A stretch of 63,946 nt of DNA, filler included, from Vicugna vicugna (taxonomy: Eukaryota), in NCBI GenBank assembly GCA_013265495.1. It is 75 parts of 73 records of this genome, joined end to end, with 100 filler letters (N's around TTAATTAATTAA, not from the genome) between each part and the next. Parts side by side here need not be neighbours in the genome. Positions count along the whole stretch, not along the records: positions 12,443 to 13,025 come from PNXW01014003.1; positions 13,126 to 13,699 come from MU060366.1; positions 13,800 to 14,578 come from PNXW01014010.1; positions 14,679 to 15,474 come from PNXW01014011.1; positions 15,575 to 16,376 come from PNXW01014015.1; positions 16,477 to 17,567 come from MU060368.1; positions 17,668 to 18,762 come from MU060370.1; positions 18,863 to 19,275 come from MU060372.1; 67 more parts are not named here. One strand, given 5' to 3'. Positions 12,443 to 24,937 of the stretch are shown piece by piece. The notes below the pieces were generated by a model that was given only the letters and a program-made list of their open reading frames with translations, ran no database searches and was not told the DNA's origin. The translations under genes and the position numbers were made by a program. The first letter of the stretch is position 1. Every line of letters starts with the position of its first letter.

Positions 12443-13025
12443 ACACTCTTTGAGCGAATTCTCACAAATACACATGTAGTTTACATTCTTTACAGAACCA
12501 TGGAATTCCGTACTACGAGCATCTTTCATGCATCACGGATTCCTCAAACATGCATTTCTGAGTTGTGAACATGCACATGACTGATGTTTCCACAACCAAA
12601 CAAGTTACCTACACAATCTGAATTATTTACTTTGACTTCGTAGATTCTTACTTTCACCAGTTTTAAGAATCACACTCAGATCCCAGAAAAACACTCTTGG
12701 AGCGAATTCTACCCTAGAGATATGTAATTTGAATAGATTCCATCTACATGATATTCCGTGTTCAACCATGTTTCATACATGACGGATTTGACAAACATGC
12801 ATTCCTGAGTTGAGAGCATGTGGATTACTAATCTTTCATCCTCTATAACGGAAATATTTTCATCTAGACACGTGTACACATTTTCACAAGCTTTCCCTAA
12901 CACCAGGTTCGAATTCATGCATTTTTCACAGGAAAAAATTTCTGGAGCGATTTCCACCTATCAGATATGTAATTTACATTTATTCCTACAACATGTCATT
13001 CCGGGTTCCGTACATGCTACATGTA
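12443..13025. repeat. Satellite family C
   Basis: Successive diverged ~247-bp subunits. Confidence 0.93.
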
Positions 13026-13125
13026 NNNNNNNNNNNNNNNNNNNNNNNNNNNNNNNNNNNNNNNNNNNNTTAATTAATTAANNNNNNNNNNNNNNNNNNN
13101 NNNNNNNNNNNNNNNNNNNNNNNNN

Positions 13126-13699
13126 GATTTTAGAACCTAGTCATACAAAAAACCTATGAAGTCAGAGTCAGTATTTCAAACTGTATATATGCCTTGTTTG
13201 GTGGATAAAAGTTCACTAATCCACATGCTCACAACTCAGAAACTTATGATTCTCTAATCCGTAATGCATGTATCATGTACGGAACGTGGAATGACATGTT
13301 GATGGAATTCATGTAAATTATACATCTATTAGTTTGAATAAACTCCAGAAGTATTCTTCGGTGAAAAATGCACGAATTCGAAACTTGTGTTAGGGAAANN
13401 NNNNNNNNNNNNNNNNNNNNNNNNNNNNNNNNNNNNNNNNNNNNNNNNNNNNNNNNNNNNNNNNNNNNNNNNGTTTGTCGAATCCGTCATGCATGTAGCA
13501 TGTACGTAACATGGGATATCATGTAGATAGAATCTATTCAAATTAGTTATCTCTAGGGTAGAATTCGCTCCAAGAGGGTTTTTCTGGGATTAAAGTGTGA
13601 TTCTTCAACCTGGTAATAGGAAGATGCTACGAAGACAAAGTATATATTTTTAACTGCATAGGTAACATGTAATGATTGAAACATCAGTCATGAGCATAT
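13126..13699. repeat. Satellite family C
   Basis: C subunits, opposite orientation to 12443-13025. Confidence 0.92.
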
Positions 13700-13799
13700 N
13701 NNNNNNNNNNNNNNNNNNNNNNNNNNNNNNNNNNNNNNNNNNNTTAATTAATTAANNNNNNNNNNNNNNNNNNNNNNNNNNNNNNNNNNNNNNNNNNNN

Positions 13800-14578
13800 A
13801 ATATAGAATGTAGAACACAGAATTTATACTATTAAACACAGAAATTTGAATATACTATTTAGAATAAAGAATGTAGAACACAGAATATAGAATATAGAAT
13901 ATAGATAATAGAACCCAGAATTTAGAACATGGAAAGCATAACACAGAATAGAATATAGCATACGAAATACTGAGTATAGAATTTAGAATATAGAATGTAG
14001 AACACAAATTATAGAATATAGTATACGGAATGCAAAATATAGTATGTAGAATCTAGAATGAAAAACACACAATTTAGTATATAGAATAGAGAATGTAGAA
14101 CCCAGAATTTAGAACATGGGAAGCAGCACACAGAATTAAGAATACAGAATACAGAATACTGAATATAGAAATTAAAATGTAGAATGAAGAACACAGTATA
14201 AAGAATATAGAATACGAAATGCAGAATATAGAATGTAGAATATAAAATGAAGAACACAAAATATAAAATATAGAATAGAGTATATAAAACCCAGAATTTA
14301 GAACATAGAATTGCAGAACACTGAATTTAGAATATAGTATACAGAATACTTAAAAAACAATTAAATAATTGAATGTAGAACACAGAATATAGAATATAAA
14401 ATACATAAAACTGAATATATAATTTAGAATATAGACACACAATATAGAATGTAGAATACAGAATATAGAATCCAGAATAAAGAATATGCTATGCAGAACA
14501 CAGATTTTAGAATAGAGATTACATAATACTGAGTGTAGAATTTAGAATATAGAATGTAGAACACAGAATTTATAATAT
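13800..14578. repeat. Satellite family E, A-rich strand
   Basis: TAGAATA/TAGAATG/CAGAATT heptamers. Confidence 0.92.
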
Positions 14579-14678
14579 NNNNNNNNNNNNNNNNNNNNNN
14601 NNNNNNNNNNNNNNNNNNNNNNTTAATTAATTAANNNNNNNNNNNNNNNNNNNNNNNNNNNNNNNNNNNNNNNNNNNN

Positions 14679-15474
14679 ATTAAAGGCTTGTGGCAACTAT
14701 GTTAAGTAAGTCTGTTGGTGCCAATTTTCCAACATTTGCTCACTTCATGTCTCTGTGTGACATTTTAGTAATTCTTGCAATATTTCAAAAATTTTCATTA
14801 TTATTATACTTGTTGTGGTAAGCTGTGATCAGTAATCTTTGATGTTACTATTGCAATTGTTTCAGGGTGCCAAAAACCACACCCATTTAAGATGGCAAAC
14901 AATTGGTAAATGCTGTGTGTTCTCACTGCTCCACCAACTGGTCATTCCCCATCTCTCTCCCTCAGGCCTGCCTATTCCTTAATACAGAACAATATTGTAA
15001 TCAGGGTAATTAATAACCCTACAGTGGTCCCAGTGTTCAAGTGAAAGTAAGAGTTGCATGTCTCTCACTTTAAATCAAAAACTAGAGACAATTAAGTGCA
15101 GTGAGGAAGACATGCTAAAGCTGAGATAGGCTGAAAACTAGGCCTCTTGTACAAATGAGCCAAATTGTGAGCAAAGGAAAGTTCTTGAAGGAAATTAACA
15201 GTGCTACTCCAGTGAATACACAAATAATAAGAAACTGAAACAGTCTAATTGCTGATACGGAGAAAGCTTTATTGTTCTAGATAAAAAATCTAATCAGCCA
15301 CAGCATTCCCTTAATCCAAAACCTAATCTAGAGCAATGCCCTAATTCTCTTTAATTCCCTGACGGCTGAGAGAGGTAAGAAAGCTGCAGAAGTCTGAAGC
15401 TAGCAGAGTTTGGTTGATGAGGTTTAAGTAAAGACACAATCTCCATAACACAGAAGTACAAGGGGAAACAATCA
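14679..15474 (+). mobile_element. Tigger1 DNA transposon (TcMar-Tigger) internal fragment incl. degenerate transposase 5' part
   Basis: gtgttcaagtgaaagtaagagttgcatgtctctcactttaaatcaaaaactagag...ctgagataggctgaaaactaggcctcttg...aaagttcttgaaggaaattaacagtgctactccagtg matches the Tigger1 consensus as recalled; ORF disrupted. Confidence 0.92.
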
Positions 15475-16476
15475 NNNNNNNNNNNNNNNNNNNNNNNNNN
15501 NNNNNNNNNNNNNNNNNNTTAATTAATTAANNNNNNNNNNNNNNNNNNNNNNNNNNNNNNNNNNNNNNNNNNNNAAATCATTCTCTGGTTTAAAGGGACT
15601 TCTGCTAAATAGTTCATAGTGGGAATATGGACTTCTAAGAGCTGGAGCCTCTTTCCGGGCCTTGCCATTAATTATATTCCTGAAAAAATTTTACCAACTG
15701 ACAATGTCTTGGATCGCATCACCAGGGTGCCTTCCAGTTCAATATCAATTTTTCTTTCATCAGCCTTGAGAATCCAGTACTTCCCGGAGGAGGCAGGAGT
15801 TCCCCTTCCTAGTTCCATTTGCTAATGTTGTATCCATTTGCCTGGTCCATTTGCTCAAGAGAGTCTATCTCAAGTGGCTAGGGAGGTGCCTTGGTTCTTT
15901 AGCAGGCAATTGGCTTAAAGCTAGCTCCTGGTATCTGAGATGACCGAAGCTGAGCGTATATATGCTTACACTTTCTCTCTGTACTGTTCAGCCTGAATCA
16001 AGACTGAATTCTAAATCCTGGAAGTTGTGCTGAGATGAAGTGTGCTCCTCTCTGTGGCTTCTTCTCATTGGGACCAACTCCCTTGTCCTAGGGGCCAATG
16101 AGGCTCCTCCAGGGTCTCGTCATAACTCATTTCCCACTGAATATGTGGCACAAAATAGCCAAAAGTATCCACAGGCTTTATTTTCCATTTATCTTTATTA
16201 TATTTTGTAGCTCTGCCATCTTGTTTCGGATTCAAACTTTTCACTTAGCTTTTAAATACAGTGTGGGAGGGGTTTATTTTTTTATACCAATAAACCAAGA
16301 AACCCAGGATAATTCTAAACAAATTAAGTAACAAATAACTTCAGCCTTATTTAATGCCTTTTAAAGAATTATAAATNNNNNNNNNNNNNNNNNNNNNNNN
16401 NNNNNNNNNNNNNNNNNNNNTTAATTAATTAANNNNNNNNNNNNNNNNNNNNNNNNNNNNNNNNNNNNNNNNNNNN

Positions 16477-17567
16477 GAATTCGAACCTGGTTTTAGGCAA
16501 AGCGTACGAAAATGTGTACACATGTCTAGAAGAAAATATTACTATTAAAGAGGAGGAAAGATTAGTAATCCACATGCTCTCAACTCAGGAATGCATGTTT
16601 GTCAAATCCGTCATGTATGTANNNNNNNNNNNNNNNNNNNNNNNNNNNNNNNNNNNNNNNNNNNNNNNNNNNNNNNNNNNNNNNNNNNNNNNNNNNNNNN
16701 NNNNNNNNNNNNNNNNNNNNNNNNNNNNNNNNNNNNNNNNNNNNNNNNNNNNNNNNNNNNNNNNNNNNNNNNNNNNNNNNNNNNNNNNNNNNNNNNNNNN
16801 NNNNNNNNNNNNNNNNNNNNNNNNNNNNNNNNNNNNNNNNNNNNNNNNNNNNNNNNNNNNNNNNNNNNNNNNNNNNNNNNNNNNNNNNNNNNNNNNNNNN
16901 NNNNNNNNNNNNNNNNNNNNNNNNNNNNNNNNNNNNNNNNNNNNNNNNNNNNNNNNNNNNNNNNNNNNNNNNNNNNNNNNNNNNNNNNNNNNNNNNNNNN
17001 NNNNNNNNNNNNNNNNNNNNNNNNNNNNNNNNNNNNNNNNNNNNNNNNNNNNNNNNNNNNNNNNNNNNNNNNNNNNNNNNNNNNNNNNNNNNNNNNNNNN
17101 NNNNNNNNNNNNNNNNNNNNNNNNNNNNNNNNNNNNNNNNNNNNNNNNNNNNNNNNNNNNNNNNNNNNNNNNNNNNNNNNNNNNNNNNNNNNNNNNNNNN
17201 NNNNNNNNNNNNNNNNNNNNNNNNNNNNNNNNNNNNNNNNNNNNNNNNNNNNNNNNNNNNNNNNNNNNNNNNNNNNNNNNNNNNNNNNNNNNNNNNNNNN
17301 NNNNNNNNNNNNNNNNNNNNNNNNNNNNNNNNNNNNNNNNNNNNNNNNNNNNNNNNNNNNNTTTGTCGAATCCGTCATGTATGTAGCATGTACGGAACAC
17401 GAAATATCATGTAGATGGAATCTATTCAAATTACATATCTCTAGGGAAGAATTCGCTCCAATAGTGTTTTTGTGCGATCAAAGTGTGATTCGTGAAACTG
17501 GTGATAGGCAGAATCTACAAACTCAAACTAAATATTTCAGAGAGCATAGGTAACTTGTTTGGTGGTT
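16477..17567. repeat. Satellite family C
   Basis: C motifs on both sides of an internal gap. Confidence 0.92.
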
Positions 17568-17667
17568 NNNNNNNNNNNNNNNNNNNNNNNNNNNNNNNNN
17601 NNNNNNNNNNNTTAATTAATTAANNNNNNNNNNNNNNNNNNNNNNNNNNNNNNNNNNNNNNNNNNNN

Positions 17668-18762
17668 TTCCTCAAACATGCATTTCTGAGTTGTGAACAT
17701 ACGCATGACTGAGGTTTCAAACAACAAAGATATTACCTATGCACTCTGAAATATTTACTTTAACTTGGTAGCATCTTCCTATCACCAGTTTCAAGAATCA
17801 AACTTTGATCCCACAAAAACCCTCTTAGAGCGAATTCTACCCTAGAGATATGTAATTTGAATAGATTCCATCTACAAGATATTCCGTGTTTCGTGCATGC
17901 TACATATATGACGGATTCGACAAACATACATTCCTGAGTTGAGGTCATCTGGATTACCAATCTTTCATCCTCTATAAAAGGAAATATTTTCATCTAGACA
18001 CGTGTACACATTTTAACATGCTTTCCCTAACACCTAACATGCTTTCCTCTAATTCGTGCATTTTTCACAGAAAAATTGTTCTGGAGCGATTTCCACCTAA
18101 TAGGTATGTAATTTACATGAATTCCATCAACATGGCATTCCGGGTTCTCTACATGCTCCATTCATGACGGATTCGACAATCATGCGTTTCTGACTTGTGA
18201 GCATGTGGATTACTGACCTTTCACCCTCCGAACAAGGCGTATATAGACTAAAAATATTTACTCTGACTTCATAGGTTTTTCCTATCACCAGGTTCTAAAA
18301 TCGGACTTTTGGCACCAGAAAACTCTCCTTGCGCGAATTCTCACGAATACAAATGTAATTTACATTGTTTACATAACGATGGACCGTATTACGAACATGT
18401 TTCATGCATCACGGATTCCTCAAACATGCATTTCTGAGTTGTGAACATGCGCATGACTGATGTTTCAACCACCAAACCAAATACCTAAGCACTCTGAAAT
18501 ATTTACTTTGNNNNNNNNNNNNNNNNNNNNNNNNNNNNNNNNNNNNNNNNNNNNNNNNNNNNNNNNNNNNNNNNNNNNNNNNNNNNNNNNNNNNNNNNNN
18601 NNNNNNNNNNNNNNNNNNNNNNNNNNNNNNNNNNNNNNNNNNNNNNNNNNNNNNNNNNNNNNNNNNNNNNNNNNNNNNNNNNNNNNNNNNNNNNNNNNNN
18701 NNNNNNTGATCTTTCATTCTCTATAATTGGAATGTTTTCATCTAGACACGTGTACTCATTTT
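17668..18762. repeat. Satellite family C, one complete ~748-bp trimer
   Basis: Subunit anchors (catg/cata) at 17677, 17925, 18181, 18425; the ttcctcaaacatgcatttctgagttgtg variant recurs after 748 bp. Confidence 0.95.
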
Positions 18763-18862
18763 NNNNNNNNNNNNNNNNNNNNNNNNNNNNNNNNNNNNNN
18801 NNNNNNTTAATTAATTAANNNNNNNNNNNNNNNNNNNNNNNNNNNNNNNNNNNNNNNNNNNN

Positions 18863-19275
18863 AAAACACTTAGGGAAGTCAAGCTAAGGGATTCTATTAC
18901 AACCCAGGTGCTACTGTCTGTTGGAGGAAGCTCCCCACAGTCAGAACACCAGAACACTTCTTCCTGTGTTTGCTGGAATTGGGGAAACATAGCACACGCA
19001 TTTTTCAGGGGGCACGGTTAGTCCATGGTTGTGGGTTGTAGGTTAAAAACCCACATCCCATGGATAGGCTCTCGCTAATACTTGGTTTAGAGCCCAACCC
19101 CCACTTTCCCCCACTCTCCAGCCTAGGCATGCAATCAGGGAAGACAAGCTAAGGGATTCTATAAGAACCCAGGCGCTGCTGTCATTTGGAGGAGCCTCCC
19201 CACAATCTGGATACCTGAGCACGACTCCGAGTGTGTGCTGGAGGTTGGGAAACAGATTCCACGCATCTTTATGGG
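18863..19275 (+). repeat. Satellite family D (D2-like monomer followed directly by D1)
   Basis: caagctaagggattctat anchors ~265 bp apart (18879, 19144). Confidence 0.92.
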
Positions 19276-19375
19276 NNNNNNNNNNNNNNNNNNNNNNNNN
19301 NNNNNNNNNNNNNNNNNNNTTAATTAATTAANNNNNNNNNNNNNNNNNNNNNNNNNNNNNNNNNNNNNNNNNNNN

Positions 19376-19868
19376 CCGGAATCCTGAGCGTGGGGAGGTT
19401 CCACCAACGGTCGGCAGCTATTGGGTTCCAACGGAATGCCTAAACTCGTATCCCCTGAGTATTTTCCAAATGTCTCTGTGCCAGGGAATGCTAGGGGTGA
19501 TTGCAGGATATCCCAGTGTCAGAGGCTGCCTCCCCAATGTCAGGGAAGNNNNNNNNNNNNNNNNNNNNNNNNNNNNNNNNNNNNNNNNNNNNNNNNNNNN
19601 NNNNNNNNNNNNNNNNNNNNNNNNNNNNNNNNNNNNNNNNNNNNNNNNNNNNNNNNNNNNNGAGGTTCCACCAACGGTCGGCAGCGCGTGGGTTCTAACG
19701 GAATGCCTAAGCTCGTCTCCCCTGAGGGTTTTCCTAATGTCTCTGTGCCAGGGAATGCTAGGGGTGATTGCAGGATATCCCAGTGTCAGAGGCTGCCTCC
19801 CCAAGATAAAGGGAAGATATTTTTCGGACTTCCCAGAGCAGGGAACACCTGTGACTGAAGAGAGCTGC
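19376..19868 (-). repeat. Satellite family A
   Basis: Reverse-complement A monomers. Confidence 0.95.
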
Positions 19869-19968
19869 NNNNNNNNNNNNNNNNNNNNNNNNNNNNNNNN
19901 NNNNNNNNNNNNTTAATTAATTAANNNNNNNNNNNNNNNNNNNNNNNNNNNNNNNNNNNNNNNNNNNN

Positions 19969-20663
19969 ACACTTCTTCCTGTGTGTGCTGGACGTGGGGA
20001 AACATAGCAAACGAATTTATCAGGAGTCACAGTAATTCCCAAGTTGTGGGTTGTAGTTTCAACATCTCCACTCCCCATGGTGAGGCACAGGCTAATACTA
20101 AGTTTTAGATCCCAAATCCCACTTTCAACCACACACTGGCCTAGGCAAACCATCAGGGAAGACAAGCAAAGGGATTCTATTAGAACCCAGGCGCTGCTAT
20201 CAGTTGGAGGAACTTCCCTGCACTCAGAATTCCAGAACACATCTTCGTGTGTGTGCTGGATGTAGGGAAACAGTCAAAGCATTTTTCAGGCGGCACATTT
20301 ATAGCATGGTTGTGGGTTGTAAGTTAAAAACCCACATCCCATGGATAGGCTCTCGCTAATACTTGGTTTAGAGCCCAACCCCCACTTTCCCCCACTCTCC
20401 AGCCTACGCATGCCATCAGGGAAGACAAGCTAAGGGATTCTTTTAGATCCCAGGCGCTGCTGTCATTTGGAGGAGCCTCCCCACAATCAGGATACCTGAG
20501 CACGTCTCCGTGTGTGTGCTGGAGGTGGGGAAACAGATTCCACGCATCTTTATGGGGCACAGGTGTTCCAAGGTTGGGGAAGAGGGAAGTAGTTTAAAAC
20601 CCTATACTAACCACAGAAATGCACTCGCTAATACTTGACTTTAGAGCCCATCCCCCACCATCG
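19969..20663 (+). repeat. Satellite family D (D2-D3-D1-D2 order)
   Basis: acaagc anchors at 20162 and 20425; diverged consecutive monomers. Confidence 0.93.
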
Positions 20664-20763
20664 NNNNNNNNNNNNNNNNNNNNNNNNNNNNNNNNNNNNN
20701 NNNNNNNTTAATTAATTAANNNNNNNNNNNNNNNNNNNNNNNNNNNNNNNNNNNNNNNNNNNN

Positions 20764-22183
20764 TCTCAGTCTGTTTCCTAGTGCCGGTTTGATGTGCCTG
20801 CCGTTCTCTATGTAAAACCGAGTTGGAGCTTGTCCCTCCCCATATATATGTACGGAGTGGAGTGGCAACTGAAAAGAAACTTTGTGTTCCCTTCAAGCTA
20901 GGTGAAGGACGGCTTTCACACACACTTACTTCTCAGAACTGAGCATGTGTAGAGACGTTCTTTCATCCAACAGGAAGGGAACGCTTTGCAGGAGAAACAA
21001 GTTGTCTGTTTTCTCAGTCTGTTTCCTAGTGCCGGTTTGACTTGCCTGCCATTTTCACTGTAAAACCGAGTTGGAGCTTGTACATCCCCATATATGTGTG
21101 TGGAGTGGATTTNNNNNNNNNNNNNNNNNNNNNNNNNNNNNNNNNNNNNNNNNNNNNNNNNNNNNNNNNNNNNNNNNNNNNNNNNNNNNNNNNNNNNNNN
21201 NNNNNNNNNNNNNNNNNNNNNNNNNNNNNNNNNNNNNNNNNNNNNNNNNNNNNNNNNNNNNNNNNNNNNNNNNNNNNNNNNNNNNNNNNNNNNNNNNNNN
21301 NNNNNNNNNNNNNNNNNNNNNNNNNNNNNNNNNNNNNNNNNNNNNNNNNNNNNNNNNNNNNNNNNNNNNNNNNNNNNNNNNNNNTTGTGTTCCCGCTAGG
21401 TGAAGGACGGCTTTCACACACACTTAACTCTCAGAACTGAGCATGTGGAGAGACGTTCTTTCATCCAGCAGGAAGGGAACGCTTTGCAGGTGAAACAAGT
21501 AGTCTATTTTCTCAGTCTGTTTCCTAGTGCCGTTTTGAAGTGCCTGCCGTTTTCTCTGTAAAACCGATTTGAGATTGTACCTCCCCACATATATGTGTGA
21601 AGTGGAGTTGGCATCTGAAAAGAAAATTTGTGCTCCCTTCAAGCTAGGTGAAGGACGACTTTTACACACACTTATCTCTCAGAACGGATCATGTGGGGAG
21701 ACGTTCGTTATTCAGGACCAAGGGAACGGGTTGCAGGAGAAACNNNNNNNNNNNNNNNNNNNNNNNNNNNNNNNNNNNNNNNNNNNNNNNNNNNNNNNNN
21801 NNNNNNNNNNNNNNNNNNNNNNNNNNNNNNNNNNNNNNNNNNNNNNNNNNNNNNNNNNNNNNNNNNNNNNNNNNNNNNNNNNNNNNNNNNNNNNNNNNNN
21901 NNNNNNNNNNNNNNNNNNNNNNNNNNNNNNNNNNNNNNNNNNNNNNNNNNNNNNNNNNNNNNNNNNNNNNNNNNNNNNNNNNNNNNNNNNNNNNNNNNNN
22001 NNNNNNNTCTGGTTTTTCAGTCTGTTTCCTAGTGCCGGTTTGAAGTGCCTGCCGTTTTCACTGTAAAACCGATTTGGGATTGTACCTCCCCACATATATG
22101 TGTGAAGTGGATTTGGCATCTGAAAAGAAAATTTGTGCTCCCTTCCAGCTAGTTGAAGGACGGCTTTCACACACACTTCTCTC
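20764..22183 (+). repeat. Satellite family B1
   Basis: Multiple 249-bp monomers with internal gaps. Confidence 0.95.
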
Positions 22184-22283
22184 NNNNNNNNNNNNNNNNN
22201 NNNNNNNNNNNNNNNNNNNNNNNNNNNTTAATTAATTAANNNNNNNNNNNNNNNNNNNNNNNNNNNNNNNNNNNNNNNNNNNN

Positions 22284-23087
22284 TCCTATCACAAGTTTCA
22301 AGAATCACCCTTTGATCCCACAAAAACAATCTTGGAGCGAATTCGTCCGTAGAGATATGTAATTTGAATAGATCCCATCTTCATGATATTCGGTGTTCCA
22401 TACGTGTACATACATGACGGATTTGGCAAACATGCATTAGTGAGTTGAGAGCTTGTGGATTACTAATCTTTCCTCCTCTGTAAAAGGAATATTTTCATCT
22501 AGACAAGTGTACACATTTTCACAAGCTTTCCCTAAAACCAGGTTCGAATTCGTGCATTTTTCACAAAAAAATATTTCTGGAACAATATCCAATCTAATAG
22601 GTATGTAATTTACATGAATTCCATCAACATGGCATTCCGGGTTCCGTACATGCTACATGCATGACGGATTCGTCAATCATGCAGTTCTGACTTGTGAGCA
22701 TGTGGATTACTGACCTTTCATCCACCAAACAATGCGTATATACACTTAGAAATATTTACTCTGACTTCATAGATTTTGCTATCACCATGTTCTAAAATCG
22801 GACATCTGGCAACAGAAAACACTCTTTGAGCGAATTCTCACCAATACACTCTTTGAGCGAATTCTCACCAATACACATGTAATTTTCATTGTTTACATAG
22901 CCATGGCATTTCGTATTACGAACATGTTTCATGCATCAAGGATTCCTCAAACATGCATTTCTGAGTTGTGAACATGCGCATGACTGATGTTTCAACCACC
23001 AAACAAGTTACTTACGCACTATGAAATATTTACAATGACTTGGTAGCTTCTTCCTATCACCAGTTTCAAGAATCATACTTTGATCCC
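22284..23087. repeat. Satellite family C, one trimer (768 bp incl. a 27-bp duplication)
   Basis: tcctatcac at 22284 and 23052. Confidence 0.95.
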
Positions 23088-23167
23088 NNNNNNNNNNNNN
23101 NNNNNNNNNNNNNNNNNNNNNNNNNNNNNNNTTAATTAATTAANNNNNNNNNNNNNNNNNNNNNNNN

Positions 23168-23270
23168 NNNNNNNNNNNNNNNNNNNNATATAGCTAAAAT
23201 GGCTGACTTGTACAATTATAATGTGTGAATTTAATGACCTGTAAACTACACCTTAATACAGCTATTAAAT
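23168..23270 (+). mobile_element. Old L1M 3' end fragment
   Basis: ttgtacaattataatgtgtgaatttaatgacctgtaaactacaccttaatacagct resembles an L1M 3' terminus. Confidence 0.5.
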
Positions 23271-23423
23271 GAAGAAACTGGGATACCAAATTAAGACTAA
23301 AACACATATATATATCACACAAAGAACAACAAGCAAATATCATTATTTACTGCACCATTTTCCTTCATGCAGCTTCCTTTCATCATCCGTTCCTGAAAGG
23401 ATGATTCATTTTAAAAATAGTCT

Positions 23424-23932
23424 TTTAATTTATTCAGCAAATAATTTTTGACTGCCTACTATGAACCCAGGACTAGTCTAGGCACTTGGAATAGATCAAT
23501 AAACAAAACGNNNNNNNNNNNNNNNNNNNNNNNNNNNNNNNNNNNNNNNNNNNNNNNNNNNNNNNNNNNNNNNNNNNNNNNNNNNNNNNNNNNNNNNNNN
23601 NNNNNNNNNNNNNNNNNNNNNNNNNNNNNNNNNNNNNNNNNNNNNNNNNNNNNNNNNNNNNNNNNNNNNNNNNNNNNNNNNNNNNNNNNNNNNNNNNNNN
23701 NNNNNNNNNNNNNNNNNNNNNNNNNNNNNNNNNNNNNNNNNNNNNNNNNNNNNNNNNNNNNNNNNNNNNNNNTAGGAGGTGAGAAGTCCCAGGTGGACGG
23801 AATAACCATCACCAAGGCCAGCGCGCACCTCGCATGTTCCAGAATGGGAGCACGGCTGGAGCTGCGGAGAAGGGTCAGTGCAGATCTTGTACGGCCTTGG
23901 AGGACGTTGTAAGGACTGTGGCTTTTACCCAG
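23424..23932 (-). mobile_element. LINE-2 3' end fragment
   Basis: attcagcaaataatttttgactgcctactatgaacccagg...ggcacttggaatagatcaataaacaaaac and ggccttggaggacgttgtaaggactgtggcttttac are typical antisense L2 3' motifs. Confidence 0.75.
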
Positions 23933-24032
23933 NNNNNNNNNNNNNNNNNNNNNNNNNNNNNNNNNNNNNNNNNNNNTTAATTAATTAANNNNNNNNNNNN
24001 NNNNNNNNNNNNNNNNNNNNNNNNNNNNNNNN

Positions 24033-24837
24033 TGATATTAGTCAATGAAGGGAGTTCTGTTCTAAATTGTCTTAGAGGAAAAAAAAGTACCTATAAGTCA
24101 AATATTTAAAACAAAAAAAACCTTCTGGAAATACGGGAATCAAGCAAAAATACTTTCCAAATCTCTTTGGTAAAGAAAAAAGAAAAAAAAACTAGTTTAT
24201 TGTTTATTATTGTTGGCTTAATAAAAGCAAGGATGTCTCCAGAATTGTGAGCGTTAAATCTAATGCAGGCATAACAATTTAAATTCTGCTTGCGTTTACT
24301 AGTCAAATAAGCTAACGGTATGTCGACTGGGTATTTAAGGTTAGTGTACATAAANNNNNNNNNNNNNNNNNNNNNNNGTTGAGTCATTGACAAACTGTAT
24401 TTCAACAATGTTTGTGTTTTATAGTATGTCTGCATGTCTGCATAGTATGTGGTTTCCAAAATCTTCTGGTAATTGGAGACGTTAATGTTATACTAAGTTA
24501 AGATAAATGATGGATATTCGTTGACTATCTACATCACAACCACATAAATAAAACACTGGAACATTAGTTACAGAGCATAAGCTTAAGTTTTTACGCTTTT
24601 GGCTTTCCAAGTTTTACAGGGAGATTAAAGATGTTTGGGTGTATTAATAAATATGTTTCTTTGCCCCACTTGTAAATTGTTCTATAAAGAATCGTAGCCA
24701 TGGAGGAGGGTACAACTCAGCGGTCAGTGTGTGCTCAGCAAGAGGGTTTTCTTTACTTTTTCAAGTAACCCATCTAGGAAACAGAGATTCTGTGCTTATC
24801 AAAATAATCTCTTATGTTTTATGTTGTCTTTATCATG
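24033..24837. mobile_element. Possible ERV1-class AT-rich internal fragment, with a short SINE 5' piece at ~24702-24742
   Basis: AT-rich ERV-internal-like composition; ggaggagggtacaactcagcggtcagtgtgtgctcagcaag resembles the SINE 5' end at 42194. Confidence 0.35.
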
Positions 24838-24937
24838 NNNNNNNNNNNNNNNNNNNNNNNNNNNNNNNNNNNNNNNNNNNNTTAATTAATTAANNNNNNN
24901 NNNNNNNNNNNNNNNNNNNNNNNNNNNNNNNNNNNNN

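Noticed and set aside
15030..15474. Domesticated TIGD1/CENP-B-like gene adjacent to satellites
   Set aside because: Tigger1 ORF is broken by stops and indels, and adjacency to satellites is an artefact of concatenation
15575..16376. Coding exon or processed pseudogene in a unique scaffold
   Set aside because: No recognisable protein in any frame; open frames are short
16569..16612. Homology between the B/C and A/D superfamilies (ctcagga...ttgtca)
   Set aside because: Only a short gapped resemblance; monomer lengths differ (248 versus 267); not supportable by eye
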